64,000 bases of DNA from Enoplolaimus lenunculus (Eukaryota), in the NCBI GenBank assembly GCA_030248215.1, contig JASANG010000440.1, positions 186,001 through 250,000 on the forward strand. Reading direction: 5' to 3'. The position numbers and the translations under genes are program-made. This document shows, piece by piece, positions 12,001 to 24,000 of this stretch. Under the pieces are notes generated by a model. That model searched no databases. It was not told where the DNA came from and saw only the letters and a list, made by a program, of their open reading frames with translations. Each line of letters begins with the position of its first letter. Position 1 is the stretch's first letter.

Positions 12001-15000
12001 GTGTATAAAGCACCTGCAATAGTCTATTAGTGCTGTGTACTTGCAAGTGCAATTTCGTACTTTATACCAAGAGTGGATAATGACAAGAGTGGATGATGAC
12101 AAGAGTGGATAATGATAAGAGTTAATAATGACAAGAGTGGATAATGACAAGAGTGGATAATGACAAGAGTGGATAATGACAAGAGTGGATAATGACAAGA
12201 ATGGATAATGACAAGAGTGTATAATGACAAGAGTGGATAACGACAAAAGTGGATAATGACAAGAGTGGGGAATTCGTGGGGTTCCACATGGTACAAAATG
12301 TACCACCGTGTGTTGCATTTCTGGTCCACCCTCCAGCATGTTTAACGCCGCACACTTAAAGTGCAATGGTTCGCACCGGTTGTACCCACCTCTAAATAAA
12401 GGGGGTATGCTAAAAATACAATGCGCGCCGGGTACTTCCTTTTCTAAACAGAATGTGCCCAGTGGCGCACTCTTGTTAAATAGCGATTATCCACTCTTGT
12501 TTATACTTATGTTTGAAAAACATTTACAACACTAATTTACCCAATAAAATGCAGCTATTAATGTCTGCTTGTGGATGTGAACAGAATTGCAATTCGCTTG
12601 AATTATTGCACTTGTGTTTTGATTGGAAAATGTGAAAATTTAGATTTTGAATTAATTCAGTGTTTTGTGTCACAAAATTCCTCAGTAAATTAATAGCGAA
12701 TAATTCAATATGTCTCAACTAAGGCCTAATTCTATTTATGATGCTTTTGGTGACAAATCTTACTTGGAGCGCTAAAATTTGTGAGCAGTACCAGGAGACT
12801 TGACCAACAGGGGTGTATCCACCTAGTTAGGTGTCAATTAACTTTTCGATTTCGCTTCTGGGGTTGCCATTAACTTTTTCAATAATAGTTTAAGAAACGG
12901 TTTTATCGTCTTTCTAAATTTCTGGTAACACTCTGCGAACCAAGTTCTTTTGTTTTGAGTATGTTTTTAATGTATCATTTTGTGTTTTCTTTCAGTTTGG
13001 TCACCAAATTTGCTCACGTTTTGTGGAGCGGCACTGTACTCAAGACAATGCTTGATATTCTTGAAGAATTATCAGCGTCGTTACATTTTGATCCGAACAA
13101 AGAATCTCAAAGTGTGCGAATTATTGGTAAGTTTCGAGATTTGGTTTATTTTATATTGTCAAAATTTTCATTGGTTTTCGATGTTATTTATTTACTAGAG
13201 TTTTTTGGTTTAACGTGGCCATAATACAAAAATCAATATTAAAAAACGTTAATGCTGCAACAAATTATGTATTTTTGAAAAAAGCGAAATTTTGTTAACA
13301 TGCAGAAATGCCATTTCTGACAGTATTTTGGTTACCTCTGTATTGAAGCAGATTTTCGAATTTTATAACTGTTTCATTTGTGTGGTTAATAGTTTAGCTA
13401 AAATTTCAGGACTGCCATGGGACATTCCGCTCTTGGATACCATCGAAGGACGCCAAACAGTGGTGCAAGACTTCGCCGTTCGATGTGAACAAATTTTGAA
13501 CGAAGCTATCAAATGGGCACCGGCTACCACTCGAGCTCATTTACAGGTAATACGTTTTAGCATTCATTGGGTTATATTATGTGAAGGTTCAATGCTTCAG
13601 GACATGTTCACATCACATTGACAACTGAGCTGTTGTTGCATCAGATACAAAACGTTGCAATACATTATTGGTATATCGATATTGGATTTTGAGCCAACAT
13701 TATTATTATTATTATTACTGTTGTTATTATTTTATTATTATTACTATTATTATTGCAGTTATTTAACATTATGTTTATCATTCTGGCCAAATGTTTGAAG
13801 AAATATTTAATTATTCCTGACATGATTTTTATTTTCTGAAAAATTAATATGTTTATAAAAGTTATTAAAATGTTGCGTTTTGATTTTCCGCTATTTTTCC
13901 AGGAATATATGAGCAATATGAGTACAATTGGGCTTGGGTTGTTACATCGACATGCAGGCATTTCGTTGACAATTGAATCTATACTTAAACGGACTCCACT
14001 GGTAATGAATCAAGAAGGTGGCGGTCAGCCAGGTACAACTACCCAGGGTACAAGCGGAAGCGTTGGGCCTACTTCTGCAGCGGCGATTTTAATTAATGAT
14101 ACACGGTATGGCCGCAATGATGCTAATAATTCGTCGGCGTATGTGGCAAGCTTGAGTCTGAGAAGCTTTTATCTTGGCGAAGTAAGTGATTGGATTTGAA
14201 TGGGCGGGATTGTTTTAGAACCAGTATCTTGGAATCTCTGTAGCACCTATCGCTAGTTTGTGATCGGTTTTAGCGAGTTCTAATTGGCTCGAGATTCGTT
14301 GTTGTGTTGAGTCGGGAAAACCATTATTGTCTAAAAATGTGAAGGGGAAATTCGGGAATAGTGACGTTGGCCGTTGGGGTAGTTCATTTCTTATGGGACT
14401 TTGAAGGCGTCGATTCTGTAGTTAGGGTGGTGCTATATTTTTTACAAATTTCATGTCGTCCGGCACGCTTCGTCACATTGTGTCACCATCACAATCCGTC
14501 GCCGTGCGTCACCGCGCGTCATTATCCGGTGTTGTGTGCGAATTACTTGTGTTTGATACCGTATGGTGACAATTGGTGACGGATGGCGACGGACGTGACG
14601 GATGTCGCGAAAAACCAGCATAGCGCCACCCTTAGGCTCTGCATCTAGGCTTTTCAGTGGCTCAAAAACTAATACGAAATTTGTCTTAAAGTTGAATTAA
14701 GTTGTGTAGTTTACGGCAATAGGAAGTTTTTATAATGAATACAGATCCGGAAATATTGTCACACTGTTTGCCAACATTAGTATAAACGAGCAGTTGTAGA
14801 TGCATTATTTTAAGATTCTAATTATTGCCAGCATCTTTTTTATTCTTAGTCATTAGATGTATTTTTTGCACTTTTCAGATAAAAGGAATGTTGACTGGCC
14901 TCAGCCGTGAAGGTTGCAACGCGTTCAGAGAATTATCGCTTACACTGGCGAAACAGCTTGAAAATGCGTCGAAATTAGTTGGTATGTTTACAGAAATGTG

Positions 15001-18000
15001 TTGTTGTTCTTTATTTTTGTTTCCAATGTTAGCTTCAGGGTTGACCTGAGTTTTCTTGTCACTCTTTAATGGCAAAAATATTTAATCCGCACTATTATTT
15101 TCCAAATTCGTTCAGTCGTTTGGTTTTGAAGTGTTTATTTCGATGTGATATTCTGTTGAAATGCAGAAAGAGTAATGCTTCGAAATTAGTTGGTATGTTT
15201 ACAGAAATGTGTTGTTGTTCTTTATTTTTGTTTCCAATGTTAGCTTCAGGGTTGACCTGAGTTTTCTTGTCACTCTTTAATGGCAAAAATATTTAATCCG
15301 CACTATTATTTTCCAAATTCGTTCAGTCGTTTGGTTTTGAAGTGTTTATTTCGATGTGATATACTGTTGAAATGCAGAAAGAGTAGTGTTGGCACACCCT
15401 TAGGTAATGATGCCAGATTAATAATTGAGTATGTTTCAGGTGATAGCGACGAATTTCAAGCTGCATTGTTTCGTTGTTGTGCCCTGTTTATTGTGAGCAA
15501 AGGTTGGTTTGTTCAGAGTCTATGGCAGCTCGGTCCTAGTGCAATAGTTTAAAACGTATCTAGAAGCTATGGTGAGTGGCTGATGTGTACAATTCATTTT
15601 GCGTCGAGGTTAAAGGTGACAGACGTTACAGATTGATGAGCAGCTAAAATAAAAGTCTTTGTATTGGTTGCGCTATCGAATTACGTTATTCAGTGATTTT
15701 TGTCGATTTATTTATTCCAGAGCTGGATCGTCGCTTGTTGCATGCTATCGCGTGGTCACCTGTCAGTCATTTCACTGAACAAACCGCAGAATTAGCTGTG
15801 TTCTGCTGGGAATGGCTGTTGGCAGCAAAGCCTGGATCTCAAATTGAGGTACTGTCATACTTTCAATGACTGGCTGTAACTTGGAAATGTCACATGTAGG
15901 TTATCTTTTTAGGTCGTATCAAGGTTTTAAGATTGAAAGACGAGGTTGGAGTTATTTTAAAATAGAAATGCCTAGTCTGTTGCTGAAAATTTAGATATCG
16001 ACAGATGTTGTTGTGTGTAAGCAGCGGTCGTCACCGCAGTACGAGCGGAGGTACGACAAGCCAGTCATCGTCACAGTCCAGTATACTGGTCGGCAGATTC
16101 GGACTGTTAAAGAGATGGATTCTGCTTGCAACTGTAGCGTGGCACTGTATAACATGCATAGGTTGTTATATATATTTTACATAAATCCGAGAAATTTTAA
16201 GGTATTGTTTAACACTTTCTCACATGAATATTTTCTATTTCCCCTGAGACCTACTTTTATGCTAGGATTCGAACTCCAGTGACCGGAGTGGGAGGCGTAT
16301 ACCATTACCACTCAGCTATATTTGCTTGACGCTCGAGCCCGAGGGGGCTCTCACGTCTTGTGGTGATTTCGTGCTATGTATACGTGTTGCAATGGTTAAA
16401 CACGGTGTGATATGTATTATTTACCGTATATACACTGCGTGGAGTTGCCTATAGGCAACTCAATGTGAGAAGGGGTCATATGCAAAAGATTTAAGCGTGA
16501 CACCGTATACATAATAAGTTGAAATTTGATAGTTGATATCGTTTGTTGCGCAAGCCTTGTAGAATTCAAAATCATTAAATTATATGTCGACCAAATTGTA
16601 AGGCATCGTCGAGTAAATTGTTTTGTAACTTTAACCCCGTCCTTGGATGCGGATCGATGCTATAGATTTACTATTGTGCTGCCTAAGCTTTCGTAATGTC
16701 GCAAAACTTTATCGTTTCCCGTTACAACTATAATCTTCAAAATTTATTCTTTTAAATGTGTTTTCAGTTTCTTCAAGAAATGTGCGCTGCGTGGACGTTT
16801 TCAATGAGTTTGCATCTTGGTGTATTTCGACCTGATCCAACAGAAGAAGCGATCCCATTGGCAGCGCACGAGGGGTTAATACTAAAGCCTGGTCCGCCGT
16901 TTATTGAACCTCATAAAACGTTTATTAAGGTAAGTGTGGCGCTATATAAACTTATCGTCCGGCGTCGAACGGATCGCAAGTCAAAAACTTTGTTGGCAAA
17001 ATGTGATGCTATGCCATGCGACAATTCACTTGCCTCGCCGTATGACACCGGACGTCTTTAAAATACTTAAAAACTACAGCGACTGTAAGGCTTCTTATAT
17101 TAATTGTTTGGTTAAGATTAATTTCATTAAAGTACAACCGCGAGAAATGGCCATTGGTCCGAATTCCCTAAAACAGTAAAACGTCAATAATGATTCAAGT
17201 GAAAACCGTTCTTTGTGAACAGCTTCATTTGTGACTTTAACGTTGAAATTTGACTTGGCCACAGTTACCAATTGAAATTGCACCGAGGTTAATAGTTGAT
17301 TTGCTAAATTCTTGTAAAAATATATTTTTAAAGTATTGATTGTTATTTTTTGTATTGTTTTAGTTTATCGCCGAGAAAATAGAAACTGCAAAGTATAGCA
17401 GCGAAGACCAAGTTGAAATATTTATGATGTTGTTCAATCAAACGCTGCCGTTTGTTGTCGGATTTCATACGTCGAAACCGGCGGAAACTGGAGGCGGACA
17501 GTGTTTTGGTGATTCGTTGCAAGGCAAGCGAACCCTGGTTAGGTTTTAGCCGAGGAAAATTCGTTCCAATGAAAGTTTTCCTACAATAAGAAACCGATTT
17601 TCGACTTTCATTTCGTGTACCGTAAATGAAGCATCACAAATTGATTAAATTTTTATTTCTATGCGCTGTAGTGAATAGGTTTTCAGAAATTGTATTTTTA
17701 GATGAACGTTTAAATTAAATCTAAAGTCAAAATCTTAAACGAACGTAGCGAATTATACCGTGTCAGCGTTAAAATTTGCGTAGTCCAGGCGGACTTTTGA
17801 TAAATGGTGATTTTTTAATTTTTCTAACATTTCTGCATTTAGGATCAACCCCCGTCGCGCCAGTAGCGATATTTAGTCGCCATGTCGCGGCGATTGGTGT
17901 TCGCTACCGGCTGCTAACTGCGGCGCTTACAATACTTCAAGGTGACGTTATACCGAATGGTGTAAGCAAAACAATTTTGCGCCAACGAATCTATGCAGTT

Positions 18001-21000
18001 GCTTTAGATTATTTTACGTAAGTCGCATTTTATATTAATTTGGTTTAAAAATTTTGCAGCAGTTAAATTAAACAGGGTAATGAATTTTGGGTGAGCTGGC
18101 TAAAAATCGCTCTATAGGTTTTGGGATACAAGAACTGCGCTAACTATTGTAATACAAAAGTAGAATCATAATAGAAATAGTATTTTTATGTTGAACCGAC
18201 GTCAAAATTACCTACGATGTTCTATATAACCATTGTCGTAGGGTTTCGCCAGCGACCGCAACTCAAAAACCGCGTGAGCTACGAGAAGACATTTGGGTGC
18301 TGATTCGATTCTGGCAAGCAGTTCACTCGGATAAGAAATACATCAAAGCAGATCTTGTCCAACAAACAGGTTAGTTGATTTTTTTATTTTGTGGTTGAAA
18401 TATAATATTGAGATGTTTACCCGACAGAAGTTCCTGCAGCTATAGATTCTATTTACTGTTTGTTTATTTAGTATTAAAAGTTGACAATTTTTATTATGGG
18501 ACAACACTGTATTTATCTTGGTAACTGAAGGTTTCAGAGTGCTTTTGAATGGGATGGCAAAAAAATTTTAAATCCAAACTTTTACATTTCGCTGAGGTTT
18601 TAACCCATTCGGTAGATTGTATCGTAGTGGCGACTGTTTTCTGTTAAAGTTTGGTTACCATAAATATATTTTGAAAATAGTTATTTAAATTTAAAGAAAA
18701 AAGATTAAGACTATTAATGTAAAAAATTTCAAAAAGTAATACTTTGATGCTTTGTTTGATGATTTCAGAAGCTGAAGCTGTTGCGAGTTCTGGTGTTACA
18801 GGAGCTGGCTCTGCTGGCGTTGGCGCAAGCTCTTCGATACCGGATCAAGGTACCATTTCGAGTTTGATTCCGGCGTCAGGATTGCTTGCAGCCGCGCCTG
18901 CGTCAAGCCGTTCGGGGGCGACTGTGGCGTTTGCCGGGGGCCCCCTCGCAGGCAACTCGTCTACACTGCCACTCTCGAATCGTCCCTCATCGACAGCGTC
19001 AAGTTGGGTCAATACGGTTACTCTGCCAAGAGTGACACCTATTAATGCACCTACGCGTGCTACTTCGCAGTGTAAGTTTGTTGCTTAGTATTCTGGGAGT
19101 GTATTTTTAGGGTGACGGTTATCGCGTTTTCCAATTGGCGTTGAATTACAATATGTGGCTAATGTGCGTTTGAATATTCGTGCATTGAAAATTTAGTGAA
19201 ATTGGTTAAGCCAGGATTGTTGAAAGCGTATTATCTGCTTCATTGCATGATAAGTTTTGCCAAATACTGCTTTCAAGTTGCTAAAATTGTTGTTGTATTT
19301 TTGTTTCAGTGAGCATGACTATTGGAAAACAAAAAGGTTCACCGGAGAAGCAATTTAGAGAATTTTTGCGGCGTCGAAATTTGATTTTGGCGTTAGTGGT
19401 ATGTTGTTGGTAGCATTCTTGTTGTTTCGAGTATATCTGAAGTAATAGTTTAAATTGTTTCTACGTGCTTTTGCAGTCGAGTAACAACGTCTGCAATACA
19501 ATCGTGAGTGCAAACAATTCTGATTTCTGTTCGTGATTATAAATTAAGTTCGAAGCATATTCTATGTGTGGCTTTTGTGTTTTAGCAATATTTATTGCAC
19601 GTTTTATGTATGTTTTAGGCGAACGAAATCGAGCGTTTATGTGCGTGGTTGAATCCATTGTCCGCGTTAGATCAGACTGTCCTCGGTGAAGAGAAAGTCA
19701 GCCAATGGCGACAGTCAACATTTGCTGATCCGCGCACTGAAGAGCGCCTCGTTCGAGAGTATACCAAGCTAGCGTGGGAAATTTCGCCGGCGCTCGCGGT
19801 ACATTTGCCGTCGAGGTAAGAGAGATCAGAAGTGGAAAATATTAATATTTTGTACTGTTCACATTTTTAGCTTCTTTGGTGATCAAACAACATTAGTTTT
19901 GACGGGTGAACTTTTAGAAACTGAGTATCCTTTGAACGTGCAATTCACCCGTTCGGGTGGCTGCCGCCCTCTGAACCTACCGCAATTTCAAATCACCTTA
20001 GCCTGGTTGGGAGTTACCGCCCTCGTTCGTCCCGTTCTCAAATGCCAAATCAACCTAAAGGTATTTTATCAACGTTTTTAGCTGTCTTAATAATGAATTG
20101 CTGAGTAGTTTGACAGACGATAGCACTCATCCTTTTTCGTGTTATTGCCAAATACGAGGGTTCGTGTTGGAGAGGGCAGCAGCCCCCACTGAGACGAAAA
20201 CAAAAATAATTCAATATGTTGAGTTAAGCTACTGTCGCTAGTGAAACAGTCCGCCCACATTTGTGTAGTATGGACGAAATACAAATGGGCCAATCGTGGT
20301 TACGTAATCACTGCTGTTATTAGGCCGGGACAACGGGTGCTGAAACAATATTGTAATATTTTGTTTAATTTGTATTTTAGCATATAAATTATGTATCGAA
20401 GGACACTGTTGTAATAAAATTATTCTAGATTTAAAAATTCTGAGTCAGCCAAAAACGAAGTGTCACGTTTGGTTCGAATGAATGCAGAAGCAGTAACGCA
20501 TATACCGAAAGCGTTGGAATATTTGGCGACGCCTGCCAATTTAGAAGCAGATGGTCCTGAGGTATGTTGTATAATGGTTCAATTTCTGTTTGAATTTTAA
20601 CTGAAACCGGCTGTCAAAAACCGTTGACTGGCTATTTCAAATGAATTTCATTGAATTTAATCTCTTTATATAATTAATGTAAAAGGTTTAAAGAGATGTA
20701 ACGTATTATTGTTAACAAACAGGTGTGCAATTTAACTATAGCGGTTATTTTGCGTTCTGTTGTTAAAGATAAAAATTAGGAATATCCACATCACGTATTT
20801 CATCTGTCTATATTTCGTTGGGTGCAACTGGTTATCATTCAGCTGGTGTAAAAGTTAAATTTGGCTTTTGAAGTATGTGGCTTACGCGTGTTTGCGTTTC
20901 TTGTTCGTTTTCGCTTACTGGTTTTTATAAGCGCATTTAAGCTTAAGCGTGATAGGGCAACACTAAATAGGTTTCTATATTTGTTGTTATTTTCTACAGT

Positions 21001-24000
21001 TGACCAACATTCTGGTTTGGGCCGCGGTGCCACCAGTAATTGCTCTGTCATTTTTCTGTGATCGTCAGTATCCAAATCATCCAATCACAGCACAGTATGC
21101 AGTCCGTGTTCTCAAAGAGTTTCCTGCTGATGCGATTATGTTCTACATTCCGCAGTTGGTCCAAGCCGTTCGCCATGACATGGTAAGTGGATGGGGCCTG
21201 TGTTTGAGCGTAAGGAGGGCATAAGGAAGTGGAACCATTGCGCTGGTTTTGCTAGGTTAATTGATCTCTTGCTGGTAGGTTGGGGCGAACTTTGAGGGAA
21301 ATCTTTCGTGTGTTGTGTATTGTTTTAATGTTTATGTAATTTGCAAATGAAACGTTTTGCTAGCATATGATTGTGAACGAGTCTAGCACGTCGGTGGCAA
21401 CAAATTGTCGGTTTTGTAGTAAAATAGAATTTTGAAAGTTTTTGGTTCTGTTTATGCTTCAGCTGGGATTTGTAACAGAATTCATTCTGTACGCCGCGAA
21501 ACATTCTCAATTACTTGCGCATCAGTTGATATGGAATATGCAGACTAACGTTTATATGGATGAAGATGGACAACAAAAGGTTTGTTTGTTTGTTTGTTTG
21601 TTTGTTTGTTTGTTTGTTTGCTTGCTTGTTTGTTTGTTTTTGTTTGTTTGTTGTTTGTTTGTTTGCTTGCGTGCTTGCTTGTTTGTTTGTTTGTTTGTTT
21701 GTTTGTTTGTTTGTTTGTTTGTTTGTTTGTTTGTTTGTTTAATTCTGTTCGTAATTGTAACAGTAGTGTGTTTTAAAATGTTGAACAAACTGGTGTTAGT
21801 TGCCTTATAAGTATTTAACGTGGATTTGGTTTCTGATATTAGCGAAGTATTGAGTATTTTTTTAAATTAATTTTAATTTTAGGATCCTGTGCTGTTCGAT
21901 CGGTTGTCAGATATCGTTGAAAAAATCAAACAGTCACTTTCTGGGTCTGCGAAACGATTTTACGAACGAGAGTTTGACTTTTTTGGCAAAATAACAAACA
22001 TTTCCGGCGAAATTAAACCGTATCCGAAAGGCGCCGAGCGCAAGCAAGCATGTCTCAAAGCGTTAAGCAAGATCGTGGTAAGATTTTATGTTGGATTTTC
22101 ACGTTGACCTTTAAGGAAAATAAAGTTTTTACTCGGCCGTTTCTCTGCCAATCTGATTTTCACTGACATTTGTTCGAAGTTTAGTAATCGCCGCAGTCAG
22201 CTTTTTATCTTTCATTGTTAAAGTATGGATATCAAACACGGGGGAATCGTTCGAGTAAGGTTTGAACATTCTGAATTTGCTTAATGTTGAAAGGAGGTCG
22301 TCCGTACTCCGTTATTAGCGAATCACCGTGTAATTTTTTGAGTTGGGAATTTCTCGGAAGCAACAGGAAAATTTTGTACACAGAAAATTATTACACTTTT
22401 TAGATATTTTAGGTACAAGAAGGATGTTATCTGCCATCAAATCCCGATTCTATTGTGGTGGATATAGATTATTCGTCAGCGCAACCGATGCAAAGGTAAA
22501 ATTTGCAGTCAATCACAATATAACCTGTGTGTGTTTGAAGGAAGTGTGAAAATAACTTTTTAGGCAAAGCTGGTTTGCAGTTGTGGAAAACCATATGTTA
22601 TTGTAAACGATATTGTTTGATTGTTTGAAAACCTTTCTCAAATGTGTATAGCAACTATCATCTGTTAGTAATTGGTTTTCAAACTCGCTAACTATTGCGG
22701 TTGTTGAACTCAAACTTGGGACAAGTGTACAGCAAACCATATTTGCGAAAAATGTACTGTTGAGCCTCCGCATTCACTGGTTTGAAAGTTACATGACCTA
22801 TCACCAACCTGGTGATAGGTGCTACATATTTGAGAATACCGGGTCCGCATCATAAATGGATCAGCTTTTTGAGATACAGTTACGGGCAGAATTAAGTGAC
22901 AGTAATCGCGTTTCTTCTGCAGTTGCTGTTTTGCGTTTGATTTATTTGATCGCGACCAATTGGGTATAAATGGGTTTAAAGTTGCGTTTCATATCGCGGT
23001 TGTTACGGCGTTTACAAACGATAGAAAACGTAGCACCAATCAACCACGGTTGAGGTCGCATTAACTGCGAGCAGTTTAAATCGCGTTTGCGCGGGATTGT
23101 GTGTCCAACCGCGATCGTGACCACAGTTTGGAACACGATCGTGATTGCACTTAATTCTGTCCGTGACTGTAGAACAAATTTTATTTTAGCGCCGCAAAAG
23201 CACCATTTTTGGCTCGATTTAAGGTGTTTCATTGCGGTGTTAGCGAGCTTGAAAATATGGGGATGACCAGTCGTTCGGCGACGGTTGAAGGTGATCTCGA
23301 TGCTATTGTTAACGGGCATGCGGAGGTAATAAGTGTCTGCGAACACTCCGGAATTTTCAAAAAGTGGAATGTCTTGGCTGCAAGAAATGATGAGGATGGT
23401 TTTCAAATTTGCCATCGTGCGGAGGTGCAAGGACCTCTGTGTTATTATTACTGTTGTCAAACCAGGTCTCTGTAGGTGTTTAATCTGTTTAGAAGAATGA
23501 TTGATGTGTTTTGAGTGTAATCCTCTACGCATTGAGTTTGTGGATAGTTTAGGTTCTTAACAAGGTTGCTTTAAAATGACGTTAAGGAAGATATTTCACA
23601 TTTACTTGTGTTAAGGAAATGTTATGTTCTTTCGTATGGTGACCCTATGTGTTGGTAGTATTAATAAGATTAGGCTTTCTCGTTTTTAAAATTTACATAT
23701 TGTAATAGTTTCTAATCTCCAATTTAATTGTAGGTTAAATTCACATCTGGAGCGCTATCGCTTGAAGCCGAAGATATCACAACGGATGAGAAACAAAAAC
23801 GGCCTGAAATGCTGACACGAGCTTCGCTTCCTGGTGGTTGTGATATTGAAGAAAAGTTACATTGGCAAGGCGCTATTTTCAAAGTTGGTGACGATGTGCG
23901 GCAGGTTGGTTTGATATTTTCTTCGATTTTGACATTTTTTGTTCTTTTGATAGGTTTCTTAAAATTTAAAATATGTTTAAACTATATTTAATGGAAATAA

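Noticed and set aside
11938..12366. ORFs with [16 protein letters not shown] repeats
   Set aside because: Translation of the 16-bp minisatellite.
22942..23532. 196-aa minus-strand ORF
   Set aside because: Antisense to PI4KA exon 23190-23325 and runs through intronic repeat sequence; no recognisable motifs.
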